Positions 44,661-54,892 are shown, counted from the stretch's first letter. The stretch: DNA of 64,000 nt from Thermoplasmata archaeon (GCA_034667725.1 JAXDQS010000010.1:64001-128000), one strand, 5' to 3'. Made by a program: numbers and translations. The notes: generated by a model not told the origin, from the sequence alone.

Positions 44661-44791
44661 AGGCAACCCGGCAATCCGCCAAAACGGCCCCAATCGACAC
44701 TTGTGCCCCCCGGCGCCATATGAACCCCACCCGCGGAAAGGGCGGCCCTCACCACTCGGGACAAATACGCCCCTGCACTCCTTGGGTTTGC

Positions 44792-45004
44792 ATGGACTGG
44801 GCCACTCCGATCTACCTGCTCGCCCTTGGCGTCGTGCTCTGGGCGAACCCCTACTCGGTCGCCCGCGCCCTCGGCGTCACGACCCGCGCCGTCGGCCGCT
44901 CCGTCGGCGTCCAGACCTCCAGCAACTTCGACGCCGGCGCCGTCCGCCTCGGCGGCTTCCTGCTCGCGGTGTACGGCGTGATCGCGATGGTCATCCAAGT
45001 CTGA
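44792..45004 (+). CDS. Small membrane protein
   Basis: 2 TM segments; host codon bias. Confidence 0.6.
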   Translation: MDWATPIYLLALGVVLWANPYSVARALGVTTRAVGRSVGVQTSSNFDAGAVRLGGFLLAVYGVIAMVIQV

Positions 45005-45027
45005 TTCGGCTGCGCCGAATCAGGATG

Positions 45028-45152
45028 CGCCGGGGCGCTGCGCGCCCCGGACCCCCAGCCGACAAGGGGGCCGCTCCTCGCGCCGGCGCGCCGCTGCGCG
45101 CGCGGGCCGGCACGCTCGTCCTGCGCGCTCGCGCGCACGGCGGCCCCCGGCC
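45028..45152 (+). repeat. Dispersed ~120-bp REP/MITE-like repeat, copy 2
   Basis: Near-identical to 22441-22552 and to the reverse complement of 63859-63985. Confidence 0.85.
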
Positions 45153-45173
45153 AGTTCTATAACGGACCTCCTC

Positions 45174-46826
45174 TTGGCGCGCCCCATGCAGCCGGCGCCC
45201 ACCACCGTGAAGGGCCGGCGCTCGCGCTTCAACGAGATCCTGACGATCCTGATCCGGCACAACGCCTGGGGCTTGCTGCGGGACCTGCTGCGGGGGGAGC
45301 CGGACCGCGCCGGCCACGAGTCCGCCCCCGTGCGCCTGCGGATGCTGCTGGAGGAGCTCGGCCCGACCTTCATCAAGCTCGGCCAACTGCTGGCCACCCG
45401 CCCCGACCTGGTGGAGGGGCGCTACGTCGAGGAGTTCCGCAAGCTGTACGACCAGACCGCCCCGAGCCCCGCCCACGAGGTCCAGAAGGTGCTGCGCTCC
45501 GAGCTGGGGCGCGAGCCGTCCGCGGTGTTCGCCGCCTTCGACCCGGTCCCCATCGCCAGCGCGTCCATCGGGCAGGTCCACCGCGCCCGGCTCCAGGACG
45601 GCACCCCCGTCGCGGTCAAGGTGCAGCGGGTCGGCATCCAGGAGGAGATGGAGGCGGACTTCCGCATCCTGCGCCGCCTGGTCACCTTCATCGAGAAGAC
45701 GTTCGCCGCCAGCCGGGTGTGGCAGCCCAGCGACCACCTGGAGGAGCTGCGGGCGATGCTGGAGGCGGAGCTGGACTACCGCTACGAGATGCGCAACACG
45801 ATGCGGGTCGCCAAGAACTTCGAGGCGGACAAGAACGTGCACATCCCGCGCATGTTCCCGGAGCTGTGCAGCCGCCGCGTGCTGGTGATGGAGTTCATCG
45901 AGGGCACCAAGCTCACCGGCGCCCCCTCCAAGATGGCCGGCTTCGACCGCAAGGCCGTCGCGCGCACCCTCACGACCGCGATGGCCAAGCAGATTTTCGT
46001 GGACCGCATCTTCCACGCCGACCCCAGCCCCGGCAACCTGCTGGTGATGCCCGGCGACGTGGTGGCCTTCCTGGACTTTGGGGCCGTCGGCATCGTCTCC
46101 GAGCGCCGCGCCCGCGCCATCCTGCGCCTCATCACCGCCGTCGGCCGCCAGAACCCCGACGACACCGCCGACGCCATCCTCGACCTGTGCGACCAGCGCG
46201 CCGAGGTGGACCTGCGCAAGTTCCGCGGCGACGTCGAGCGCATCATCGACCACTTCGCCCGCGAGGAGGCCAGCATCGCCGACCCCGTGCTGATGGAGCG
46301 CATCGTCGGCCTCGCCCGCTCGCACCGGATGCTGCTGCCGCCCGACTTCGCCCTCATCACGCGGGCCTTGTTCCAGTTCGAGGGCTTCTGCCGCATCCTC
46401 GACCCCGAGTTCGACCTGGTGCAGGTGCTGGACCCGTTCGTCGCCGAGGTGGTGTGGAAGAACCTCACCTCCCCCACGGCCCAGAAGGAGCTGTTCCAGG
46501 AGGCCGCCGGCGAGCTTTTGAAGGCCGCCCGCGGGCTGCCCCGCCAGCTCAACTCGGTGCTGCGGAAGGTCGAGCGCAACGAGCTGTCGTCCCGCGTCGA
46601 GGTCGCCGGCCTGGAGGGCATCAAGTCCGCGCAAGGCCGCAGCGCCCTCAAGGCCAGCTTCACCCTCATCATCACGGGCATCATCATCGGCCTCGCCATC
46701 CTGTACGCCTCGCCGACGCCGCCGGAGCGCCTCGGGCAGTTCCTGTTCGTGGCCGCCATCCTGCTGGCCGCGTGGGCCTTGGTGATGGTGCTGTGGTCGG
46801 AGTCGTTCAAGGGCAACCGGGAGTGA
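45174..46826 (+). CDS. AarF/UbiB (ABC1) family kinase
   Basis: LGPTFIKLGQ, ASASIGQVH, VAVKVQ, FHADPSPGN, LDFG; C-terminal TMs. Confidence 0.92.
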   Translation: MARPMQPAPTTVKGRRSRFNEILTILIRHNAWGLLRDLLRGEPDRAGHESAPVRLRMLLEELGPTFIKLGQLLATRPDLVEGRYVEEFRKLYDQTAPSPAHEVQKVLRSELGREPSAVFAAFDPVPIASASIGQVHRARLQDGTPVAVKVQRVGIQEEMEADFRILRRLVTFIEKTFAASRVWQPSDHLEELRAMLEAELDYRYEMRNTMRVAKNFEADKNVHIPRMFPELCSRRVLVMEFIEGTKLTGAPSKMAGFDRKAVARTLTTAMAKQIFVDRIFHADPSPGNLLVMPGDVVAFLDFGAVGIVSERRARAILRLITAVGRQNPDDTADAILDLCDQRAEVDLRKFRGDVERIIDHFAREEASIADPVLMERIVGLARSHRMLLPPDFALITRALFQFEGFCRILDPEFDLVQVLDPFVAEVVWKNLTSPTAQKELFQEAAGELLKAARGLPRQLNSVLRKVERNELSSRVEVAGLEGIKSAQGRSALKASFTLIITGIIIGLAILYASPTPPERLGQFLFVAAILLAAWALVMVLWSESFKGNRE

Positions 46827-46924
46827 TGGAGGGCCGAGCGCAGCGAGGCCCTCCTTAGCGCGGGCGACCCGCGGGGCGCAGCCCCCGGGTTGGAGTCGTT
46901 CAAGGGCAACCGGGAGTGATGGAG
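46799..46924. repeat. 33-bp exact duplication of the kinase 3' end flanking a 60-bp hairpin insert
   Basis: GGAGTCGTTCAAGGGCAACCGGGAGTGATGGAG at 46799 and 46892. Confidence 0.88.
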
Positions 46925-46996
46925 CTCGGCGAAGCCCCGGCTGGCAACAAGGGGTCTAGCCGATGCCTTGATACGCCCCAGGCCGATGGATGCGTC

Positions 46997-47551
46997 ATGC
47001 GCGCCGCGTTGAGCATCCTGGGCATCGTCTGCGCCGCCTTGGCCGTCCTCATGGCAGTCCTGCTCTCGGGGCCGTTCATGCCGTTCGTGGTCTTGGCGGT
47101 CCTCGTCGTCACCGGCGTCCTTGCCATCCTGGCCCGCGGCGCCCACAGCCTCCCCGTCGGCATCGTCCTCATCGTGGGCGGCCTGCTGGCGCTGCTCTAC
47201 TACAACCCCATCGGCGGCGACAGGGGGACCTACCTGCCCGACCTGCCGCAGTTCTTCTCCGAGCCCCTGCTGGTGACGCTGCTCCTCGTGGGTGCCGCCG
47301 GCGTGCTGTGGGTCAACCGCGCCGCCTGGGGCGCCGACTGGGTCGGCTACGGCGGCCTTGCCGCCTGCGCCCTCGGCATCGTGGTCGCACTCCTGGCGGA
47401 CCCCGCCTCGTTCGGCGGCATGGGCGGCCTCAACTGGGTCGTCGCCGTCCTCGCGGTGGCCGCCGCCGTCGCCTGCGCCCTGCTGCTGCGCGAGCCGCTG
47501 CCCGAGCCGGCGGCCCCCGCCACCACCGGCACGACCGCCCGCCACCGTTAA
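46997..47551 (+). CDS. Multi-pass membrane protein
   Basis: About six hydrophobic segments. Confidence 0.7.
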   Translation: MRAALSILGIVCAALAVLMAVLLSGPFMPFVVLAVLVVTGVLAILARGAHSLPVGIVLIVGGLLALLYYNPIGGDRGTYLPDLPQFFSEPLLVTLLLVGAAGVLWVNRAAWGADWVGYGGLAACALGIVVALLADPASFGGMGGLNWVVAVLAVAAAVACALLLREPLPEPAAPATTGTTARHR

Positions 47552-47576
47552 GGGGCCGCCGCGGGTCGCCGCACGC

Positions 47577-48959
47577 ATGACCCTGGCCGCGCCCGCGACC
47601 ACCCAGACCGGACTGCGCACCCTCGGCTGCGGCCAAGTCCAGCCCAGCCACTACGGCAGCACGCAGTCGTTCGCCGGCTGGGTCCACCAATTGCGCGTCA
47701 AGGGCACGCTCGCGTTCCTGGTGCTGCGCGACCGCACCGGCCAGGTCCAGTTCGTCGCCAAGAAGGACGTCGACGCCGCCGTGTTCGAGGCCATCGAGGC
47801 CTTGAGCCCCGAGTCGGTCGTCTCGATCCAAGGCCTGGTGCAGGCCACCGAGAAGGCGAAGGCGGGCTACGAGGTCGTCCCCAAGGCCGTCCGCATCCTC
47901 AACAAGGCCGCCGCGCCGCTGCCGTTCGCGCTCTGGGACGACAAGATCGAGACCGGCCTCGACACCCGCCTCGACCACCGCTTCCTCGACCTGCGGCACC
48001 CCCGCAGCAAGGCCATCTTCACCATCCGCCACAAGGTGCTGGAGTCCGGCACCCGCTGGCTGCGGGACAACGGCTTCGTCGAGGTCCACACCTCCAACAT
48101 CCTCGGCCAGTCCAGCGAGGGCGGCACGGACACCTACAAGTTCGACTACTTCGGCCGCAAGGCGTTCCTGGCCCAGTCGCCGCAGCTCTACAAGCAGATG
48201 ATGATGGCCTCCGGCTTCGACCGGGTCTTCGAGGTCGGCTGGTACTTCCGCGCCGAGAAGCACAACACCGTGCGCCACCTCAACGAGTCCACCGCCTTCG
48301 ACATCGAGATGGCGTTCATCGAGAGCGAGGAGGACGTCATGGCCGCCATCGAGGGGCTGCTGACCGCCATCTGGAGCGCGGTCGCCACCGAGTGCGCCGA
48401 CGAGGTCCGCGCCCTGCGCGCCGACGTCCCCGTCCCCCGCCGGCCGTTCCGCCGCGTCCCCTACGAGGAGGCGCTCAGGCTCATCAACGCCGACATCACC
48501 AACGCCGTCGAGAAGGCGGTCGGCGTCACCCCGCTCCAGTTCGGCGACGACATCGGCACCGAGGCGGAGAAGGTCCTGGGCCGCATCATGATGCGCGACG
48601 GCCACGACTTCTACTTCATCACGAAGTGGCCGCTGGCGCCCAAGCCGTTCTACGTCATGCCCGACGACGGCACCATGGAGTCCCGCCTGTGCCGCGGCTT
48701 CGACCTGGATTACCGCGGCGTCGAGCTCATCAGCGGCGGCCAGCGCATCCACGACCCCGCCTTGCTGGAGGCCGGCATCAAGCGCTGGGGCCTCGACCCG
48801 AAGGACTTCACCAGCTACCTGGAGGCGTTCAAGTACGGGATGCCCCCGCACGGCGGCTGCGGGCTGGGCATCGAGCGGATTCTGATGATGATGCTAGGCC
48901 TTCCCAACATCCGGGAGGCCATCTTGTTCCCCCGCGACATGAACCGCCTGACGCCATAG
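47577..48959 (+). CDS. aspS: Aspartyl-tRNA synthetase, archaeal type
   Basis: OB fold LRDRTG; LAQSPQLYKQ; FRAEKH; GMPPHGG.GLGIER. Confidence 0.95.
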   Translation: MTLAAPATTQTGLRTLGCGQVQPSHYGSTQSFAGWVHQLRVKGTLAFLVLRDRTGQVQFVAKKDVDAAVFEAIEALSPESVVSIQGLVQATEKAKAGYEVVPKAVRILNKAAAPLPFALWDDKIETGLDTRLDHRFLDLRHPRSKAIFTIRHKVLESGTRWLRDNGFVEVHTSNILGQSSEGGTDTYKFDYFGRKAFLAQSPQLYKQMMMASGFDRVFEVGWYFRAEKHNTVRHLNESTAFDIEMAFIESEEDVMAAIEGLLTAIWSAVATECADEVRALRADVPVPRRPFRRVPYEEALRLINADITNAVEKAVGVTPLQFGDDIGTEAEKVLGRIMMRDGHDFYFITKWPLAPKPFYVMPDDGTMESRLCRGFDLDYRGVELISGGQRIHDPALLEAGIKRWGLDPKDFTSYLEAFKYGMPPHGGCGLGIERILMMMLGLPNIREAILFPRDMNRLTP

Positions 48960-49033
48960 GAGCAAGTTCACATCGGCCGTTTGCCGCCACCGGCACGGCT
49001 ACCCGCCCCGACCCGAACCCGGTCCCGGTTCCC

Positions 49034-49852
49034 ATGCACGCCACCGCACAGACCCAGGACCCCTTCTCGGACTTCAAGGCCAAGCAGCGCCAGACGTGGG
49101 CGGCGGGCAGCTTCGCCGACATCGCGTTGTTCACGACGGCGGCCGCCGGCCACCTGGTGCGCTTCGCCGGCCTGGAGGAGGGCCAGAAGGTACTCGACGT
49201 CGCCACGGGCACCGGCGTCGTGGCCGTGACGGCCGCCCGCCTGGGCTGCGAGGTCACCGGCCTTGACCTGACGCCGGAGCTGCTGGAGCACGCGAAGACC
49301 AACGCGGCGGTCGCAGGCGTCGAGGTGCAGTGGGACACGGGCGACGCGGAGCGGCTGCCCTACCCGGACGCCTCGTTCGACGCCGTGGTCAGCCAGTTCG
49401 GCCACATGTTCGCGCCCCGCCCTGAGGCCGCCACGGCCGAGATGCTGCGCGTCCTCAAGCCCGGCGGCCGCATCGCCATCGCCACCTGGCCGCCCGAGCA
49501 GCTCGTCGGCAAGCAGTTCCAGCTGGTCGCGGGCTACTTGCCTGCGCCGCCGGGCGTCGCGCCGATCGGCCAGTGGGGCGAGCCTGCGATCGTGCAGCAG
49601 CGCCTCGGCGACCGCGTGCGCGACCTGCACTTCGAGCACGGCATCATGCCGATGCAGGCGTTGAGCCCGGAGCACTACCTGGCGCTCATGGAGACCAAGA
49701 ACGGACCGTTCCTGCGGGTCGCCGAGATGCTGCGCGCCGAGCCCGCCAAGCTGGCCGCGTTCCGCAACGCCTTCTTGGAGCTGGCGCGCCCCTACCACGT
49801 GGACAACGTGATGCGGCTCGAGTACCTGCTGACCCGCGCCAACAAACGCTAG
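49034..49852 (+). CDS. Class I SAM-dependent methyltransferase
   Basis: VLDVATGTG, GDAERLP, FGHMFAP, RVLKPGG. Confidence 0.9.
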   Translation: MHATAQTQDPFSDFKAKQRQTWAAGSFADIALFTTAAAGHLVRFAGLEEGQKVLDVATGTGVVAVTAARLGCEVTGLDLTPELLEHAKTNAAVAGVEVQWDTGDAERLPYPDASFDAVVSQFGHMFAPRPEAATAEMLRVLKPGGRIAIATWPPEQLVGKQFQLVAGYLPAPPGVAPIGQWGEPAIVQQRLGDRVRDLHFEHGIMPMQALSPEHYLALMETKNGPFLRVAEMLRAEPAKLAAFRNAFLELARPYHVDNVMRLEYLLTRANKR

Positions 49853-49882
49853 GTTCTCATAGCCGCACGCCACGCCAAGGCG

Positions 49883-50887
49883 GTGGCCGACGCCGCCGTC
49901 TGGACCCGCCTGCTGGAGCAAGCGCGCTGGGCGCCGTCGCCGCACAACATCCAGCCGTGGCGCGTGCGGCCCCGCTCGGCCACCGCGGCGGACCTGCTCT
50001 ACGACCCGGCGCGGCTGCTGCCGGACACGGACCCGACCGGCTTCTTCACGCAAGTCGGCTTCGGCATCTTCCTCGAGGCGCTCGACGTCGCGGCGGCGGC
50101 GCACGGCCTGGAGGTCGAGGTCGCGCCGGTGGCATGGCGCCTGGACGCCACCGCCGCGGGGCTGCCGCTGCTGGCCCGCCTTCGGTTGGCGCCGCGCACC
50201 CGGCCCGAGCCGCTCGACGCCAGCCTGCTGGAGCGCCGCCGCACCTCGCGCCTGCGCTACGACGGCGAGCCCGTGGACGCCGCGACCCTGGAGGCGTGCC
50301 GCGCCATCGCGGCGGCGGCCGGCCAGTCCTGGACCGCCACCTCGGACCCGGAGGCGGTGGCGTGGACGCTGCGGCTCAACCGCGACACGCTGTTCTACGA
50401 CATGGCGGACGCCGCCGCCCGCGGCGAGGTCGGCCGCTGGATCCGCACCACGCCCGCCGAGGAGCGGCGCCACCGCGACGGCCTGTCCGCGCGCTGCCTC
50501 GGCTTCCCCGGCTGGCTGCTGCGGCTGTTCTTCCGCCACCACCGCCTCATGGAGTGGCCGGGGCTGCGGCAGGCCATCCGGATGCGCTATGACCGTTCGA
50601 TGCGGGGGACGCGCACGGTGGCGTGGCTGACCGGCCGCTTCGACGGCCCGGCGGACGCCGTGGCCGCCGGCCGGATGCTCGGCCGCCTCTGGCTGACCCT
50701 CACGGCGCGCGGCGTCGGCCTGCATCCGTTCGGCTCGATCATCACCAACCCGCGCGCCTACGCCCGGCTGCGCGAGCGGATGGCGGGCGGCGACCCGCAG
50801 GCGCGCACCTGGCTCATCATGCGCCTGGGCCGCAGCGCCGAGCCGCCGCGCAGCCTGCGCCGCGAGGCCGCCGAGGTGCTGGCGTGA
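49883..50887 (+). CDS. Acg-like nitroreductase-fold protein
   Basis: APSPHNIQPW, RRTSR, AGRMLGRLWLTLT. Confidence 0.8.
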   Translation: MADAAVWTRLLEQARWAPSPHNIQPWRVRPRSATAADLLYDPARLLPDTDPTGFFTQVGFGIFLEALDVAAAAHGLEVEVAPVAWRLDATAAGLPLLARLRLAPRTRPEPLDASLLERRRTSRLRYDGEPVDAATLEACRAIAAAAGQSWTATSDPEAVAWTLRLNRDTLFYDMADAAARGEVGRWIRTTPAEERRHRDGLSARCLGFPGWLLRLFFRHHRLMEWPGLRQAIRMRYDRSMRGTRTVAWLTGRFDGPADAVAAGRMLGRLWLTLTARGVGLHPFGSIITNPRAYARLRERMAGGDPQARTWLIMRLGRSAEPPRSLRREAAEVLA

Positions 50888-52377
50888 AGCGCGCCGTGGT
50901 GCGCGGCGTCCTCGGCGTCTCGCGCCTTGCCGGCCGCTTCGTGCTGCGCTCGGGCCTCGCGCTGCGGCTGGTGCTGCGGCCGGGCCACGAGGCGGCGCGC
51001 TGGCGCATCGGCGCCTGGCAGGCGTGGGGCGCCTACGAGCTGGCCCGCCGCGAGGTGCCGGCCTACCGGGACTTCCTGGCGCGGCACGGCGACCCCGAGG
51101 TGCCGTTCCGGGGCTGGATCCCGGACCTGTCGGTGGTGCCGGTCACGGACAAGGGCAACTACGTCAAGGCGTTCTCGATCGAGGCGCGCTGCAAGGGCGG
51201 CGCCATCCCCGGCAAGGGCGTCATGGTGGACGAGTCCTCCGGCACCAGCGGGATGCCCAACAACTGGGTGCGCGGGCGGGCCGAGCGCGACGCCGTGACC
51301 CGCATCCTGCAACTGGCCATGCGCCACCAGTTCGGGGACAAGCCCATCTTCGTCCTCAACGCCTTCGCGCTCGGGCCGTGGGCCACGGGCATGAACGTCT
51401 CGATGTCCGTCGTGGACATCGCGATCTTGAAGTCGACGGGGCCGGACCTGGAGAAGATCGCCAACACGCTGCGGCTGTTCGGGCCGTCGTACCGCTACGT
51501 CGTGATGGGCTACCCGCCGTTTCTGAAGGCGCTCGCGGACATGGACCTCGACTGGGGACGGCACGACGTGACCGCCATCTTCGGCGGCGAAGGCCTGAGC
51601 GAGGGCGCCCGCGACTACCTGCTGCAACGGTTCCGCAAGGTGTACGGCTCGTACGGAGCCTCCGACCTGGAGATCAACCTCGCCGCCGAGAACGACTACA
51701 CCATCGGGTTGCGCCGCCTGCTGGAGGCCGAGCCCGCCCTGCGCGAGCGCATCGCCCGCCCCGGCCCGCTGCCGATGGTGTTCCAGTACAACCCGCTCGA
51801 CACCTTCGTCGAGACCAACGCCGACGGCGAGCTGGTCGTGACCTTGACGCGGCCGGCCAACATCGCCCCCAAGATCCGCTACAACATCCACGACCTCGGC
51901 CACGTCGTGCGCGTCCCCGACCTCCTGGCCGCGCTGCGCGGGCTTGGGCTCGAAGGCCGCCTGCCGCCGCTGCCGTCGGAGCTGCCGCTGCTGTTCCATT
52001 ACGGCCGCAGCGACCAGGCCGTCGCCTACTACGGCTGCAAGCTGGCCCCCGCCGACGTCGAGCAGGCCATCTTCCGCACCGCGGGGCTGTCCGAGCGCAT
52101 CACCTCGTTCGCCCTGCTGGTGGCCGAGGAGGCGGGCGGCGACAAGCGCCTCACCGTCGCCCTGGAGTCGCGCCCCGGCACGCCGCCGCCCGCCGACCTG
52201 GAGGCCGTCCGGGCCGCGCTGTTCGTGAGCCTCGCCGCCGTCAACCAGGACTTCCGCGAGTCCATCCGCATGGTGCCCGCGGGCCTGGAGCCGCAGGTCG
52301 CGTTCCACGCTGCTGGCGCCGGCCCGTTCGAGGGGCACGACATCCGCCTCAAGCGGCGCTACATCCAGCCGCAGTAG
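50884..52377 (+). CDS. Phenylacetate-CoA ligase/F390-synthetase-like adenylating enzyme
   Basis: SSGTSG, YGASD, IRYNIHD, HYGRSD. Confidence 0.82.
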   Translation: MKRAVVRGVLGVSRLAGRFVLRSGLALRLVLRPGHEAARWRIGAWQAWGAYELARREVPAYRDFLARHGDPEVPFRGWIPDLSVVPVTDKGNYVKAFSIEARCKGGAIPGKGVMVDESSGTSGMPNNWVRGRAERDAVTRILQLAMRHQFGDKPIFVLNAFALGPWATGMNVSMSVVDIAILKSTGPDLEKIANTLRLFGPSYRYVVMGYPPFLKALADMDLDWGRHDVTAIFGGEGLSEGARDYLLQRFRKVYGSYGASDLEINLAAENDYTIGLRRLLEAEPALRERIARPGPLPMVFQYNPLDTFVETNADGELVVTLTRPANIAPKIRYNIHDLGHVVRVPDLLAALRGLGLEGRLPPLPSELPLLFHYGRSDQAVAYYGCKLAPADVEQAIFRTAGLSERITSFALLVAEEAGGDKRLTVALESRPGTPPPADLEAVRAALFVSLAAVNQDFRESIRMVPAGLEPQVAFHAAGAGPFEGHDIRLKRRYIQPQ

Positions 52378-52389
52378 CCGGCCGCCGGT

Positions 52390-53493
52390 TCAGCCTGGGG
52401 CGAGCTTGTGCACCGTGCCGCCGAGCCCGACGAGATAGAGCTCGCCGGCCGCGTCCTCCCCGAACGAGCTGACCGGGAACCCCGTCGTCAAGAGCGGCCG
52501 CATCCCGGTGCCGGTGGCGGCGTCGAGCCCCCACACCTCGCCCGAGGCGTAGTCCGCGAACAGGTAGGTCCCTTGCAGGCTTGGGATGGCTTGGCCGCGG
52601 TAGACGTAGCCGCCGGTCACCGCCTGGCGGTTGTTCGAGTGGTCGTACTCCGCGACCGGCAGGACGTGGCCCGGCGCGTCGCCGGCCTCGTGGCGGTGCG
52701 TGCCCTCGAACGCGTCCCAGCCGAAGTTGAGCCCCTTCTGCCCGGCGCGCGCGACGTCGACCTCCTCCCACGCGCCCTGCCCGACGTCGCCGATCCACAG
52801 GTCGCCGTTGGCGCGGTCGAAGCTGAAGCGCCACGGGTTCCGCAGGCCATAGTGCCAGACCTCGTCGCGGCCCGCCGTCCCCACGAACGGGTTGTCGGCG
52901 GGGGCCAGGCTGTCGCCGTCCACGTCCAGGCGCAGGATCTTGCCCAGGCGAGACTCCAGGTCCTGCGCGCGGTCGTCCGGGTCGCCGCCCCCGCCGCCGT
53001 CGCCCAAGGCAAGGTAGAGCATGCCGTCGGGCCCGAACGCCAGCATCCCGCCGTTGTGGTTGCTGTAGGGCTGCGCCTCGGCCAGAAGCTCGCGGCGGAA
53101 CACCGCCAACCCTTGCACGACGGCGTACTCGTGGACCCGCGTGTCGCCGCCGGCGTCGGTGAAGTGCACGTAGAAGCGTGCGTCGCCGTCCGCGAGCCGG
53201 GGGTGGAACGCGAGGCCCAGCAAGCCCTGCTCGCCGCCGCGCGAGACTTGGGCCGACAGGTCGAGGAACGTGCTGCGCTCGCCGCCCTGGACGCGGATCA
53301 CGGTGCCGCCCTGCTCCGCCACGAAGAAGCTGCCCAGCGCCGGCTCCTCCAGGAAGAACACGGGGCTCGCAAGGCCGTCCAGCACGGGCGCCAGCGCCAA
53401 GCCGCCCTCGATGGTGCCCGGAGGCAGCGGGTCGGGCGACCGGGCGCAGCCGGCCAACAGCAGGACGAGGGCGGCGACGGCGGCCACGCGCAC
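52390..53493 (-). CDS. PQQ-dependent sugar dehydrogenase (GSDH) lipoprotein
   Basis: GEQGLLGLAFHP, HNGG, GDGG, YGLRNPWR, SSFGED. Confidence 0.92.
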   Translation of the reverse strand: MRVAAVAALVLLLAGCARSPDPLPPGTIEGGLALAPVLDGLASPVFFLEEPALGSFFVAEQGGTVIRVQGGERSTFLDLSAQVSRGGEQGLLGLAFHPRLADGDARFYVHFTDAGGDTRVHEYAVVQGLAVFRRELLAEAQPYSNHNGGMLAFGPDGMLYLALGDGGGGGDPDDRAQDLESRLGKILRLDVDGDSLAPADNPFVGTAGRDEVWHYGLRNPWRFSFDRANGDLWIGDVGQGAWEEVDVARAGQKGLNFGWDAFEGTHRHEAGDAPGHVLPVAEYDHSNNRQAVTGGYVYRGQAIPSLQGTYLFADYASGEVWGLDAATGTGMRPLLTTGFPVSSFGEDAAGELYLVGLGGTVHKLAPG

Positions 53494-53533
53494 GCGAGCC
53501 GAAGGCCGCGGCGGCGGGTTGGACCTTTCGCTC

Positions 53534-54892
53534 TCAGCTCACGACGACGGTGCCGACCATGCCGAGGCCATAGTGGCCCGGCACGTTGCACCACATGTCG
53601 TAGCGGCCGGCCGGCAACTGCACCAGGAACGGCCCGCTCGAGCCCGGCGACACGGCGTCCGGCGACTGCGCGAGAATCTGCTGCTCGCCCTTGCCGTCCC
53701 AGTGGCCGATGAACAGGTTGTGGACGGCGCTGTGGGTGTTGACGGGCTCGACGAGGTAGCGCTCGTTGGCCTTCAGCTTGATCTCGGGCGGCAGCAGCTT
53801 GAAGGGGCCCAGCTCGACCTTGAGCTGCTTGGCCGTGACGCCGGTGAAGGTCACGGCGGGGCCTTGGTTGGCGAACACGGTGTAGTTGCCCGCGTCCGGG
53901 ACGGTGATGTTGAAGAACGTGTCCGTGCGCGTGTTGGCCGGGATGGTCTTGACGCGGCCGAAGGGACCGGTGAAGGACACGTCGCGGCCGGTGGGCTGCA
54001 GGTCGAACTTGAGGCAGGTGCCGGCCACCACGGTCTGGTCCGCGATGGGGTTGCCGTCCGTGCCCAAGAGGCGGTTGTCGGCGCCGAGCGTGACCTTGAA
54101 GGTCTGCTGGATCGACTGGCCGAGGCAGGCCATGCGCCCGGCCTTCCAGTGGACGAACTCCTCCTGCGACACCGCGGTGATGTGGGCGCGCATGTAGGCG
54201 TGGCCCGGGTTGAGGCACATCTCGCGGCACTGCACCTGGTACTCGCCGGCGGGGAAAATGACCGGCTGGCGGGCATACTTGTTGGAGCCCAGCGGGTTGG
54301 CGTCGTTCATCATGACGAAGCCATGGTTGGCGTCCGCCACGTGGAAGGCGTGGATCACGTCGGAGGAGGTGATGTTGAACATGAGCGGCGTGTCGGCCGG
54401 CACCACGAAGGCGTTCTCCGGCTTGACGGCGCCCGACTGGGGGTCCGGCGACGAGGCGACCTTGAGGCCGTCGCCGTAGTCCATCTCCCAGTTGTACTGG
54501 CTGCCCGTGATGCGCAATTCCGGCGCGCCGGTGGTGTCGATGTCGTGGTCGAGCGCCACCATGCCGCCGTAGGCCGCGTAGCCGATGTAGAGCACCATCG
54601 CGAGCGGCACCAAGGTCCAAGCCAGCTCGGCGCCGAGGCTGTGGCGCTCCTTCTCGTGGGTGGCGCGGCCGTGGCCGGTGCCCGCGCGGAAGCGGACGAT
54701 CACGACCACCAGCCAGACGAAGACGATGAGGAAGATCACGATCCCCATGACCGTGACGGTGCTGTAGATGTCCGCGACCACCTGGCCGCGGCCGTTGTTC
54801 TCCACGGGCTCCGGCAGGCCGAAGGCGGCGGAGGCCAGCGGCGCCAGCAGGACGCACAGGAGGGCGGTGGCGGCGGCGAGGAGAATCCGCAT
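53534..54892 (-). CDS. coxB: Cytochrome c oxidase subunit II with C-terminal blue-copper domain
   Basis: ELAWT, DVIHAF, CREMCLNPGHAYM (CuA); C-terminal HNL...WCNVPGHYGLGM. Confidence 0.88.
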   Translation of the reverse strand: MRILLAAATALLCVLLAPLASAAFGLPEPVENNGRGQVVADIYSTVTVMGIVIFLIVFVWLVVVIVRFRAGTGHGRATHEKERHSLGAELAWTLVPLAMVLYIGYAAYGGMVALDHDIDTTGAPELRITGSQYNWEMDYGDGLKVASSPDPQSGAVKPENAFVVPADTPLMFNITSSDVIHAFHVADANHGFVMMNDANPLGSNKYARQPVIFPAGEYQVQCREMCLNPGHAYMRAHITAVSQEEFVHWKAGRMACLGQSIQQTFKVTLGADNRLLGTDGNPIADQTVVAGTCLKFDLQPTGRDVSFTGPFGRVKTIPANTRTDTFFNITVPDAGNYTVFANQGPAVTFTGVTAKQLKVELGPFKLLPPEIKLKANERYLVEPVNTHSAVHNLFIGHWDGKGEQQILAQSPDAVSPGSSGPFLVQLPAGRYDMWCNVPGHYGLGMVGTVVVS

